In this document: positions 1-14,900 of the stretch, in pieces
Layout: each line of letters opens with the position of its first letter
Position numbering within the stretch: the stretch's first letter is position 1
Assembly: GCF_009914755.1 (NCBI RefSeq)
Contig: NC_060929.1
DNA: 64,000 bases
Origin: the human T2T-CHM13v2.0 reference genome, Homo sapiens
Direction: 5' to 3' (one strand)
Notes under the pieces: generated by a model
Database searches by the model: none
What the model saw: only the letters and a program-made list of their open reading frames with translations
Told to the model about the DNA's origin: nothing
Made by a program: the position numbers and the translations under genes

Positions 1-169
<169 letters not shown>

Positions 170-229
170 TCAATCAATGAATCTGACTATACAGTTTAAG
201 ATATTTGCACGGAGTAGGGGGAGGAACAG

Positions 230-860
230 CATAAACAGAATCAAACGACAAATGAAGAGATGGGAAAAAATATTTGCAAAGCACATAAAAAAATTTGCAA
301 AACACATGAAAAAATTATATATTTAATTATTATACACTGAAATACTTTAAAATAAGAAATGGCCAACAACTCACTAGATAATCAAAGGTTATAAATTATC
401 AATATTTAGGAAAATAAATACAATGGCTTGTACCCATGAAAAATGCAAATTAAAATAATAGATTACTATCAGATTAGCACAGATTAAAGCCAGAAAATTA
501 TAACTCACAGTATTAAATTGTAGAAATTACAGGCAATTCATGTTCCACCATTGCTGGGAATGCAAACGGATGCAATCAAGTTGGGGGGCAATTAAATTTT
601 GAAACACACATGTGCAAAGATGTTCAAAGGAACATTTTAAAGGTGCAGATCAGTTTCTTTAATATGCTGTGATTTGTATAAGGGGACAAAAATATAAATA
701 TATATTCTTGAACATACGGGGACTATTTCGAGGACATACAAAACTGTTCAAAATAATTGGCTCTAGGGAACAGTCTGGGGGGCATAAGGGGGAAGTAAAA
801 CCTACTTTTCATTATATAACATTTTAGTGTAGTTTGAACTTTTACCAATTTCTGACCTCT
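230..860 (+). mobile_element. Highly diverged L1M-type fragment
   Basis: A-rich, with L1 3' motifs (AAAATATTTGCAAA, AATGCAAATTAAAA, TTGCTGGGAATGCAAA). Confidence 0.5.
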
Positions 861-1089
861 TTTTTTAATTTAAAAAAAATAGTCAAAAAGTAATAAATGC
901 AACTAATTTCTCAGGGCTCTGGACCAGTCTCCTAAGTAGGAGACATGGTCAAACCCAGGGAGTATGCAAAGAGTGCAAAAAAAAAAAAAAAAAAAGACTG
1001 GCATTTCTATTTATATTATTACCTCATCATTTCCAATTTTTTGTTATTTGTAACTTTAGTAAACATCAGCTATATTAATTCAACAGCAC

Positions 1090-1115
1090 GTGTGTGTGTG
1101 TGTGTGTGTGTGTGT
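1090..1115. repeat. (GT)n microsatellite
   Basis: About 13 GT units visible. Confidence 0.95.
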
Positions 1116-2399
1116 ACACAACCAGAGACACCTGGAATACGTTCTCTGGGGAAAGTAATACTCTTTCAATTAATGTCTTCAGAGAAAGGTACCATTTTGT
1201 CCACTCTCTGAAAAAGGACTCAGTATTTACGATCTTGCATGTGAAATCAGTTAATATAATTCACACGGGGTAACATCATCTCCCTCAACCACTGAGAAAT
1301 GAGAATGAAATCAAAAGCCAGAGGTTAAGCTTAGGATCAGTTCCCACACACTGAGATACGTTTAGAACTTAAGTCACAGCCTGTCCCTCCTCTGCGCAAA
1401 GCCCCCCAGTCTCTCCCACCTTTCTGAGTCTTACTTGGTTCTGGAAGGCTCTCTGGAGCCTGGCCTCAAGCTCCATCTTAGATTTCATCTTCTGGAACTC
1501 TCCTCTCTCCCTCATCCAGCTTCAGTCACTCTGGTGTCTCCTCAAACACACCAAATACACTCTCCCTCTCCTCGACCCCCGGGGGGATTGTACACAGGTC
1601 CTGGGTCTAAAAAGTTCCCTCCACAAGGGGGCCAAATGGCTCCTAACTGTACTCAGGTCCCTACTCAAACATAAACAAATAAAATTCTTCTTTTCCACCA
1701 TCTCTTTCTACCACCTTCTCCTGCTTGATTCTCCCTTATAGCACGTAACGCCAACCAAAATATATTTATTTGTCTGGAATAAATTTGAATATAAGCTTCA
1801 TGATAGCAGAGACTTGGTTTCTTCACTACTGTACCTCCAGGACCCAGACTGTGCTAGGCATATAATAGACATTCAAAAAAATGTTTGCTGAGGAAATATT
1901 TTTACTAGGTATTTTTGCTGGGTAAACAAAGTAAGGAATGAATAAAGGAATGAACAAATGAAAGAACAGATTGAGACCTGCTTTTATACCTCCCCCATTC
2001 TAATTATTTTTGCTGTCAGAACACAAAATGGCCAAAGCTTCTAAACTGTAGGAGGAGGCAAGGAAATGAATATTTAACTGCTGTCTATGACATGTGTATT
2101 TTTTTTAATCCCTTAACACAGCAACAATACCCTGCACAGTGATAAAATGAAAACGCTCTAGTTTTTTCCTAGAAAAAACTGTACCACTCCTAAATCTGTA
2201 CATATTCTCTGACTTTCTCCTGTTATAATGGAGGACTGTCCTAGCTCCAGAGACCCATGGATGCACCCTATTTCAGGACACTGTCTCCTCTCTCTCTCTA
2301 GTATGGACAGCTCTTCTCCACCCCTCTCTCATCATTCCCATCAGCATACAAACAGGCTGTGAGAGTTCTCCACTTTAAAAAATGACAGATATTCCCTGA

Positions 2400-3280
2400 T
2401 CTCTTTGCCCCTTATAGAAAAGGGTGCTATATTCATAGTGTCCTGTTTTTTCTCACCTCCCACAAAAAATCCAAGCACTCTAATCAAACTTTTTATTTCC
2501 CCATCACTACCCTTTACCCCAGAAACGATTTGTGCTAATGTCACCAAAAATCAATTCTGAGTCTCATTTTAACCTGACTTCTTGGCAGCAATTGACACAG
2601 CTGATCACACCTTCCTTGCTAGAATTTCTTCCATTGCTTTCCAGAAACACCAGACTGGCTGGGTTTTCTTCCCCCTCAATGGACACGGCGCTGGCTCCTA
2701 CTGCTCCATAGCCCACCTCTGGGCCCTAGTCTTTTCCATTGGAACTAACTCTAGAGGTGACCTCTTCCAGCCCAATAACTTTAAAGCCCACCTATTTGCC
2801 CATAGGTGTCTCCAGCCCTGGCCTTCCTGTGGAAGGACCATAATCACTTGGCAGCCACAGGATATATCAAAAATGAGTCACAACTCTTGATTCCATCCAC
2901 CTCCAAAATCCAGGTATTTTCCTTAATTCTCATTCTTTCACAACTCCACATATATCCATATCCTCATTATCTCAGGACAACGTGACCATTTCTTGCCACT
3001 TCCCACCACTTCCATGCCTACCAAAGAAGCCTATCTTCTCTCACCAGGACCACTGAAAAAGTCTTGCAACTGATTTCCCTTGTCCTCTTCTTGCCTCTCT
3101 ACAGTCAATTCTCTATACAACAGTCAACAGTAAGATTTGTTTAAAAAAAAAAAAAAAAAAAAAAGTCACTGCCTTGCTCAAAATTCTGAAATGGTTTCTC
3201 ATCGCATTCAAGCTAAAATCCAAATTCCTTACCATGGCCTACAAGGCCCTGCATGACCTGGCCTCTGCCCAACTCCGAGT
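2400..3280 (+). mobile_element. L2 (LINE2) fragments; an L2-like 3' end also lies at ~1770-1890
   Basis: Motifs such as CTTGGCAGCAATTGACACAGCTGATCAC and TAAAATCCAAATTCCTTACCATGGCCTACAAGGCCCTGCATGA. Confidence 0.65.
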
Positions 3281-4105
3281 CCAATCTGGACATGGGCTGT
3301 GCGCCCAACACATATGTGTTACCTGAGTGGATTTAACAGCATGTGCAGTCGGTCAAGAAACAGACTAGGAAGCATCTCCAGACAAAAAAAAAGTGCAAAC
3401 ATCCAACCAACTGGGATTCCGGGCTTTGGATCCTCTCTCAATTCAGCATCAGTTGCTGTATCTGCTCTTTCTCTCCCATCTCAAGCTTGTACTTAACACA
3501 GGCCTCTACCCTGTAACAGAGCTTCAAAATCACAGTGAGATCCTACACTTCAACTTCATCCCTTTACCTATAGTTCCTAGCACCAAAGGTCTTACAGTGA
3601 CAGCAACAGAGTTTTGCAACAAGTGGGCAAATCTCCTCCAGTAAATTTCTTCTCCACTGTGTTCTAAATGTGCCAGGATTTTCAATAGAAAATTTCACAA
3701 CCCTGTGCTCTGTCAACTCTAAAACCCTCTCCTCTCCCCAAGTCAAGGCTTCAGAGGAAATAAAAAAGTATCACTGCTTATACAGGCTGTACTGAGTTTA
3801 TCACATCCATTATCTTTCTGACTTCTGTCCTTGGGATTCCAGTTGGTCTTGACCTTGTATAGCTGCCCTCACAGTATCTTTGTCAGTTTATGCATACTAC
3901 TTCTATTATTTCTCTTTCTCAAATCAATTTCATTGGGTATGTTAGAAATATGCAGAAATTCTAGAAATGAATGTATATGTAAAAAGATATTAACAAATAT
4001 GGAAAAAAGAAATATATAACATATATACTACTCTCAAGATGGTATCAATCCTCAAGATCTCATTTTCTTATTAGGTCCTTATTGAACTTCACTTCTTAGT
4101 TATAA

Positions 4106-4576
<471 letters not shown>

Positions 4577-7500
4577 TAGGCAGAAGAGATGACTGCCCAA
4601 AGGTGTGATTTAAGACACCAGGAAAGCTCTTATGCCTCTCCTCCTATCAGACCAGTCCCTACCTTTGAATTCCATACCTTGGTCTTGAAAAGTCGACTCA
4701 CGATGGGATTGAGGTGCTATCTTAAAATCACCTTAAGGGTCATTCAATAGGTTGGTATTGGAGGGCAAAGCTCTTGATAAATGGAGAAAAAAATAGGCTT
4801 TAGGTGGATAGGAACATATCAGAAAGATATTTTCAGGAGGAATTTAGCCAAGGGGATCAAAGCAAAGATCACCTCTGCTTTGGGGTGGCTGACATTTTGT
4901 TTATCTAGCTCTCCCATGCTGCTGGCAATAATAATAGCCTCACAGACATGTACAGTACTCACTCCTCCACAGGAAGCACCTTCTCTTGACCTATCTTACG
5001 CAGATTTTCCATAATCTGAAAATCACTATCCCAACATGTCTGGCCTTCTGCTTATCTTCGTTACCATGCAAGACAACCTCAAACTCGTTCCTTAGCCATT
5101 TTTAAATGCTGAAGACTCAATAATCAAATATGACAGCAATTGATATATGATAAATACATATACATTTAGCTCATTCTCTATAGTTCCTGAATATTATTAA
5201 ATATGTTGATTTATAAATATTTGGGCATATTTCCACTCTAGTGCAAGAAATATATCCATGTTGCTTGCGTTGTAGACTCTAGTACCATAAACCCCACCCA
5301 CTTAAACAATGCGGACTTTATCAACAGCCCCATAACCTCACCTTCTGTCCTATTTCCTAAACCCCATGACACATCACTCTTCTTTCTCTTCTTATAATTC
5401 CAAGTAACATAAATAAAATTCACTATAGAACCCTATTAGCCCACCAACTTCAAAAGCTAATTTATGGGCCCAAGATTTAGGTCAGCAGTATTCTAACTTT
5501 ACAAAAGGGGAGGAGACCAATTTCTGCCCTTTAAGCGCTCATCTGCACAGGAAGCAACCAGAAGGAGGAGGTCCCTGAGTCGCTTTAAAAGCATCAGTTC
5601 TGATTACCGTACTCATTCTGGCATGGCCATCAAATGCAAGAAGTGTGAAGAAGAAATGGATGCTGTTTTAAAAGAAGGCTCGTCCTGACACAGCACACTG
5701 ATCACCATCTCACTGTCCCTTTCACAAGCTTACTCCGTCTTTGAGCTTCACAGCTGCAGTTTGGGAAGAACAGGCTAGCCCAGGCCTCCAAGAGCATCCC
5801 AGAGAGGAAGACCAGCCAATGGAGGTCCTGAGTGAGAGGGACATTTGCCCTAATGTTTGGTGAGGTACCTAACAATGCCCCTAAACCAAGGATAGCGAGT
5901 GGCAGCAAAGTGGTATCACACTGGAGCGGAAACCTATTCTGAGCCCGGGAGAGGCTAAACACTCACATTTAGGAAACACTTAAGAACAGAACATAGTAAA
6001 TCCTTAAACATTAAAAATTACTCCTCTTGTAGGTTGTATTGGTTCGTGCTGTTACAACAAATTCTTTAAGCTGTTCCTTGACTGTAAATACTGTACTTCT
6101 ATATGTGTATATGTTTAAGTATATATATCTATGTGTGTTTATAAATATAAAATATACATATATGCTATATTTAGTGATCTGTGGTTACTTTTATTTCTTT
6201 TTTGTTGTTTACTTGTTGTTTCCCACACTCCCCCAAAGGGTACTTTGAAATCTTTCCAGTTTTTACAATTAAACCTAACCATCTGGACAAAAATCTTCAC
6301 ATTCACTAAATTAGTCACAGATTTTGTGGGTAAGCTGAGAAAGTAAATGCTATGCTCAGTGCTAGGATTTAAACCACATCTACCACAGCAAAACACTCTC
6401 TCTCCAATAATCTCTCCAATTATGCACGCACATTCAGGCTCAAATAACATGGAAGCAACTACACCTCACTGCACAGATTTGTACAATTAGTATTATTCCT
6501 TAGATCCTGAAGCAACAACAAATCCAAAGTAAAATTATTCAAAAAGCTTTCAGAATTTATTTTACAGACAAAAGATAAAACAGTACCTATTTTTTCACCA
6601 CCATTTAACTTCCTCCTACTACTGGTGTGTGCTGGCAAGCTGCTCACCAAATGCACAAGTGATTTGAAGAGATCTGTGTTTATGTGTTAAACACTGGCAA
6701 CAATGTGATTTGAATACATAGGGCATTTTCTAGATTTTTCAAGTGTAAAAAGGCTTCCACCCTCTTCAGAGTTTACTTTAAGTGTCAAAAAAGGAAAATT
6801 TAACATGTTTAAGACCCAATATACTTACAGAGCTGAAATCCAACAAGGGCAAGTGATTTCGTGTTGTCATCCAATCACCAGTATATAGCTATAGATATTA
6901 CAAAATTTCTATCAGTCTAAAACTAGACAGGATTATCTGCTGGAAGTAACTCTTGCAGATGTACTGACTCCAGGTAAATGGAAAAGACTGGTTTTTACAA
7001 GGAAATAATGTACAGGAATTTATAGCAGGCTTACGGATGCAAATGCTAGTGTTTCAAAGGAGACTTTAAGCCTTTAATGTGAGCTAAGATAGAGAGTATT
7101 AGACTTTGGTGTAAACAGGTTTATAGAAATCATTTTCAGAGTGTCTTAGGTTGGCATTTTTCCTTTCACATTTTATATGGGCAACAAAAAGGATCCACGT
7201 CTGTAGTATACAGAACAGGTTAGAGAGGAGAAGCAAGAGACAAGAACTCTTGTTAATATTAAATTGTGAGGGGCCGAAAGCTCAGCACTTACTCTCCATT
7301 CTTTATGCTACATGTGAGCACATATTAAACTTACTGAAATAAATTTGTATTTCGGGGGGTTGTTTTTTAAATCCTCAGAAGCATTCATAGAGTGGAGGCA
7401 CTGACAATTTGGTAAAAAGCTTTCTTTCCAGGAAGGATTAAAACTGTAGAGCAATTTCAAGATTGCAAAGCTTCTAGGCTGTCACAAATATTAAGAGAAG

Positions 7501-7613
7501 CCATGTTTATCTTTGCACTTTTGTTTTGGTTTGCTAAGTAAACCTAGACTGAGCATTCAGTCAACCAAAGAAATCACATGTAGGTGAGCATCTGCAGGTT
7601 TTCCTACTGGTAA

Positions 7614-7990
<377 letters not shown>

Positions 7991-8007
7991 AACTGACACA
8001 AGATTTA

Positions 8008-8338
<331 letters not shown>

Positions 8339-11300
8339 TTAACAGAAGTAAAATCCAGTCTCTTTCCTCACTAATACGGAAAATATTAACAGGAAAGAAT
8401 CAGGAATGAGCAATGGCACATTAAAAAGTAAGTAGCAGTTTGACAAAACTGAAACTACTTAGACCTAATTTTTTACACTCTCTTTGCTCCCCAATTCCTA
8501 CAATCCTCTTGTTCACCGCCCCTCAGAAGAAATAGATCTATAAAATGAAGCTATCAGCCATTATTTGGATTCAAAAATCATGCCATTTCAAAAGGATCAT
8601 GATACCAAAATAATAAATAATACCAGAACTTAAAGCTAGGAGAAAAACAAAACAAGATCACCTAAAGCCAATTCAGATATTTAAAAGTTCAATGTATCAA
8701 ATATGCATCAATAAACAAATGATTTTAATGTTACAGAAGAAATGGGCTTTTTCATGGCATGCATCCTGAGTTATCAAAAAGAGAGACAGTTTATACACAA
8801 AAGAGCAGATTAAGATAAAGGGTTTCACTCCCAAGATTAAAGTAAAAATAAAAACAGTGAGTTGAGGAGTGTTTAGAATGATACTTCTAGAAAATAATGC
8901 TAGGTCTTTCCAGAAACCTATTTATTCACAATAAGATTAGAAGGACAAACTGCAACTACAACATGGACAAATGCCATGATTTCTGGTCTTCTAGTCCTTA
9001 GGAAAGGGGTTTTTTTGTTTGTTCAAAAAAAAAAAAAAAAGACATACTGACATTCAGGCTGCCAGGCAACTGCTTTTCCCCCTCCAAAACTGCTGTACCA
9101 CTTCACTGCTGTTGCTGGAGAGTCCCTTTCTATTCAGAAACAGGGCTACTAACTAATGAAATCATGGGGAATTTCTATAAATGGTCCCAATTATTCAAGA
9201 GAATGCATTGTCTAGGGCCCTTGCAACAAAAGCTCTACCCCAACCACCCTCTTTCCCACACACCTTTCTTCTACTTTTTACTCCCTAGCTCCACCACCAC
9301 CATTCCTCCTTAAGTGAGCAAACAGGAAGATTCAGCAAGTCTTCTAGCCCCTCTCTCAGCTAAAAGAACCTTGAGAGTTTTGCTTCCTGACCAGGGAGCA
9401 CAGAAATAATCTGCCTCCCCACCTTCTTCCCTCCCTCTATACAGCTTAAAAGATGCACTTGGCTAGGCAGTTCTCTCCATTAAACAATTCATTCTTCTTT
9501 TGCCTTCTTTGTGAAAAAAAAAAAGGGTAAAAACAGCTGAGCATGATCACAAAACATAACACTGGGCATTCAATTTCTGTACCTTACGGCCTCATTCTTT
9601 CACCTCATCCATAGGATTTGGCGACCAAGTAAATCTTAATCTGCAAACAAATGGTTTGCTCTCCAATTAAACCATTCATTCTCTCTATCTCTCTCTCTTT
9701 TTTTTTTTTTTTTTTTTTTTCTGTTTGGCGGCTACCCAACCCAAAGACTTCTAGGTTCTTCCATTATTTAGCTCTCCCAATGGTTAAAAAGCAATAAGCT
9801 CATTTGGAGTTTATAAAACTATGCACCATCAACAAAAGCATGTAATGCTTCCAAGATGCACAGTGGCTTCTACAAGCACAATGAGGAGCTGTGTGTAGTC
9901 TCTCCCCAAACAAAAATGCCCAGGCCCCAATTAAGCACCCTGGGGGCTTTCAAAGCAGTTATGCTAAGTTGCAAATACAGCAAGATCCACTTGAACTCCA
10001 ACTGTCTTGTGTGCTTTTCCTCCCAAGGTAGGGAAAAAGCCGGGGCAGACTGACCTCATTAAAGGGTAATTAGTGAACCCCAGGACTTGAGGGGCTACCA
10101 CAATCATTGCTATTGTGAGCATTTCACTACAGGGCCACTAATTTTTTCATTTTTTTAACCCAGGAGGTCTCTGCAATCTGAAGGCCCAACATTTTAAATT
10201 TTTAAGGATTTCAATCTGGCTGTTTTTTTCTACTACTAGTCATTGAGTAAGAAGAAAGGAAGCAATACAAAGAGCACTCCGACTTCTTTTGTGGAATTCT
10301 GGCATATCTAAAAATAAGTTTTTAGAAAACCATTTAAATAACATATACCCTATATATCTAAGAAATAATTTTGAATAGGTTTTGTTGAAACAAAATGAAA
10401 TAAATTCTCCACCTCCTGATTAGAGATTCAAAGTGGCACATAAAAGAGCATTAGAAATCAATCAATATAGGGTTTTATGATTATATATGATAAAGATGTT
10501 TAAAAAAAACTCATGCATCCATTTACATGTGCAGTTCTTACTCAGAAACTAATACACAGTGATGCGATCAACATAACCACTTTACCATCAATAAAATCCT
10601 TCACACCTCTTTAAAGCCCATTATTACTGTTGATATCAATCTGCCAAGATGCTTGAGGACTAAATTCTACTATAAAAGGCACCAGTAAATTTCGCCGTTT
10701 ACATTAAGAGTAGCACCTTTTCACAAATACTAATCCACTGCCTTGGTACTAAAATTCTCCAGTACTTGAGAAAGCAGTCTTTAAGGCAAGTAATAAAATG
10801 GTTGTCTTAACTTGACATTCTCAGCAACCAAGATTTAAACAACTCTAATATTTACATATAATCAGGGGGATCAACATCTTTGTTAAAAAAAATCACTGAA
10901 AGAGAGGAAATGGAGTTGGGGTGATAAGTGATGATCACCCTCTATACAGAACCACCCCGAAGCCCAGAACTAGGTCCATTCTCCTAACACTGGCGTACGG
11001 AGGGACTGGGAAGACCAAAGTCACAGGAACCCACCTACTATACTGATCTCAGTACAACCACCCCAGCCGCTCGCTGAGGGAGGGTGTGCTCCAGAGACCT
11101 ACACAAAAACTTGGGTACACATTAATGCCCACAGTAACTTATTTAATGCTACCCTTAGATTTGTGCCAAGCCAATTAATCACTCAATTCGTTTATTTGGG
11201 TTTACAGCTTTTGAATATTGAATGAAAGAATTTAAACGTGTGGAACAAAAGTCTTTGTGTTTTGGCCAAAGTATACTTAAACTATATTTAGAAGGAAATG

Positions 11301-11769
11301 TGTCTGTATATTTCTCTTTTATTAAAACACTGCATAGGGACCGTTCCTTAGCCAAACATCCTTGTTTTATTTTAGAAATACTACAAAATTTATTTGCATT
11401 ACTTAAACATATGCAATACATTTTGGGAAATCTTGAAAAGATGGAAAAGTCTTATTAAGTGATGGGGGGCAACCATAGTTGCTTTGTTTTGTTTTAATGT
11501 ACCCAGTATATTCGGCTTTCGGGAAAAAATGCAAATCCTGGAAGTCATTCCAAACAGTTGGAAACTCTTCCTCTTAAAGTAAATCCAAGGGCTCAAAAAA
11601 TAAATATTCAAGAGCATTAATTTGTTTCTAGATGTGTGCGTGCAAGTAAAACAGCAGTCATAATGTGGAAATTTCAGTCACATTTTGCAACTAATTGGAA
11701 GCAGATTAGAATTCTGCCTCAGGGGAACGTTGTCAAACTAGAAGCTGGAGCAAATGAAGAAAGAGGTGA

Positions 11770-11935
11770 AGGCGTCGTGAAGAGCTGACAGATTTACAGC
11801 GCTCAGGGCCATAAACGGGTCCCTGGCGGGAAGAAGGGCGCGTTCCCGGCTGCACGCCCCCGCCGCCCCGTCGGGAACGCGCAGCCCCGGGCCCGAGGTG
11901 CCAGCGGCCACGCCCCCAGGAGCCCAGGGCCCTCC
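11770..11935. promoter_or_regulatory. Small intronic CpG-rich element (candidate enhancer or alternative promoter)
   Basis: Abrupt GC/CpG-dense patch in an AT-rich intron. EGR consensus CGCCCCCGC at 11855-11863, KLF/SP motif CCACGCCC at ~11908, GATA motifs TGATAA at ~11990 and ~12014. Confidence 0.6.
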
Positions 11936-14900
11936 ATCTGCTCCCATAGCGAAAACAATAAAGGGACCTGCTGAAGAAACCAGTGCGACTGATAAGATAG
12001 AAAACCTGCACACTGATAAACTGGAGGATGCAAAAGTCAAAGGGAGAGAAGGCTTCTTTATTTTAAGAATGGGGGAAGGGGAGAGCAAAAGAAAGCAGAT
12101 TGTGGAGGATAATACAGCAATGGAGTAATGTTTGGAAACAGCTGCTCCCTTTCTACTTCAGTGTCTGGCATCTGCTGCGGCATCATGGGAAAGGCTGGTG
12201 AAAGATTTGGGCAGGGAATGTAAATGGAGACAATTGACCAAATGGAGTTGGATGCGGAGAGGCTCAACTGCTCTGTTTTAACATCATGTTGCTCCCTTTT
12301 GGGGGCAGAAACAAACAATATTACTTAACTCAAATTACACCTTTAGAGAAGTTTAAAAATTTGGGAATACGAATCGCTTTTCAATTACTGAAGATGTCAA
12401 ACGATACAAGGGGATAAAATCTAGCTGCAGCCTCCACTTCTCAAAATGTTGAGCTCATCTTCCACACAACTTCACAGAAAAGCTAAAAGGAAGTAGTTTC
12501 CTCTGTGTTTCACTTATTTTGAAAAAAAAAAAACATGTTTAATCACCACTGCTTACTTCTTAACTGGCTCAAGGGATAGTTTCTATTTGTTGTGCCTATT
12601 TTCCCCTTCGTTGCAAAGATTCAGCTCTAATTTCATTTCCATCACAAAAGAATTGGCAAATAACTAAAGCACGGGAACACATAACTAAAGTGCGGCTGTG
12701 CTAGTCATAAGCCTATAATAAAGCACAGATTTGATAGCATTATCCATGTACTGTGGTGAACCACACACAAATAAACAGTTCTCCATGAAGAATGAAAACC
12801 CAAGGCTTCAACCCTTCCAGTTCAAACATTTTTGTTGTTTTTAACATGAGCCATCCATAAAATCAGCCAAGGAAGTGACAGGAAATCCAGAAGTAAACTG
12901 GTCTGGCTATGCACGCTTTGGAAAAAAAAGTTAGAAGATGCTTTCCAACTCATCCTGATGATGTGTGAGGTGAATAATGGATAAAACTGTAAAATCTAGG
13001 TACAAAAACAAAAGGTACTTTTATGCCAGCTGAATCCAAACACATGATGAGTGTAGTTTAAAAAAAAAAAAGTACATTTCCTCCAGCATGGGGAAAATTT
13101 TCTAACCTAACTAGGAACAACTTAGACACAACCTTTGAACCTTCAGTGACTAATGCGAAGGACAAAAAGGTATACCAAAAGCGGCCAGAGGGCCAGATGT
13201 GCTTTTCCTAAGAAACTAAACCAGGAGTTTTCTTTAATCAAAAGGACAAACAGTGACTTCCAGGAGTTTATGAAAGTGTGACCAATTGGAACTTTGTCGT
13301 CTGTTGCTAATTGAGGCATATAAAAGAGTCCACTTCTTAAAACATACTACTAACACTTTTTTTAAAAATTCTCTGCCACATGACAAAAACCAGAATCGAG
13401 TTGACTGGTAGAAGATCAGTGCAACCAAAGACCAAGCTATTATTTCAAACTGTCAGGGGAAGGCAGTAAAATTGCTACCAGGTCTCCTTAAGTTACCCTT
13501 CAATGAAAAGAAGCCATCAGGGAAATAAGAGGAAAAGAAAACACATCAAAACCTTAAAAGTCCCTTTAAGTAAAATTATACGTCTGTGGCACCATGCCAT
13601 CTGCTCTCTGGTTAGCATAATAAGCCAATTCCACAACCTAAATATCTGCTTTCTGAAATCATTATGTACAACACAAAATATAATCAATATATTTTTACTT
13701 GCTTTTTAAACTGTAAAAGCTACATTCATGTGGCATTATTGGAATATGCCTAAATGTCCCTGCAGACACATTTTTCTTAAGGTGCTAGCTGACAATGAGG
13801 ATTCCCAGGAGGCAGAAAGCTCAGTAGTTGGGTTGGAATAGTCACAGTGAATGATATTCAAACTAGGTCGGGGGGTGGAAATGAGAAAGAAGAGTAAGTG
13901 GCTTTGAAAAATCCACAGAAGTATTTGTTCATCATTTCAAACCTATTTGTTCTAACCGAAACACCTTTTCCTTTGAGTTCTTTATTACAGTTACAATATA
14001 TACCTTTAAGTTTTCATTTAGTTTCACTGGGGGGAAAAGCCTTCTGAATACCAGATGGGATCCCTGTGGTTCAAGGCCCACAGACCTAGCAAAATATAAG
14101 TATTTGCTTTGTGATCATTTCAGTTCTTAAGGCAAAACCCATCATCTTTTCTACTACATTCCCAAAGGTATTTCCAAGAAAAATTTAGCAAATATGCAAA
14201 ATTCAGCTTTAGGAGCAAAGTCTCACTTTGGATATGCAAGAGGTTGCATATCCTTTGAGCTCTCAAAATAACATTACAAACAGCCCAACTGCTGGTCAAT
14301 CAACTATGAATAGTTTAACAACCTTTCATTCAGTTGCAAAGGCTTTGTTCCCATTGCCAAAACCTTGAGCTTAAATTAAAAAGAACTTGTGACAGGGAGC
14401 AAGTAGTCACTAGTGAAACTGCAGTTGGGAGAAAGAATTAGACACAGAGGGAGAGGTCCATATATTCTGCAACAGAGTGGAACGTAAAACCAACAGTGAA
14501 CATTTTTTAAAGAATAAAACCCATACTAACTAAATACTCCCAATCCAACATCTGTATATGCAGTTACAACATTTATATACACACACCTATGACATACCAG
14601 TTACAGGGCACCAATATCATACACATATTACTTACTCTCTAATGACAGTCTAAGTCATCACTGAGGCAGGGAGCTCACCTGTTCTCCATCCCTTTAATCT
14701 TCAATGACTACATTAGGAGAGTATTATGATCATTTATCAACAAGAATCCTAGCGAAGAAGGGTTATTTTCCCTAAGATGTTGCTAACAAGGATAGCCCAG
14801 TATTTCCTTAGTTCTGACTTCCATATAACACAGGAATGTAATACAAGTAATTTAGGAATAAAGTGTTTTGTATTCAAGCAAAACCCTTGATGTTCAGATT

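Noticed and set aside
11733-12318. Several overlapping ORFs at the CpG patch
   Set aside because: Stop-codon scarcity due to high GC, with no recognisable protein similarity; a regulatory element explains the patch better.
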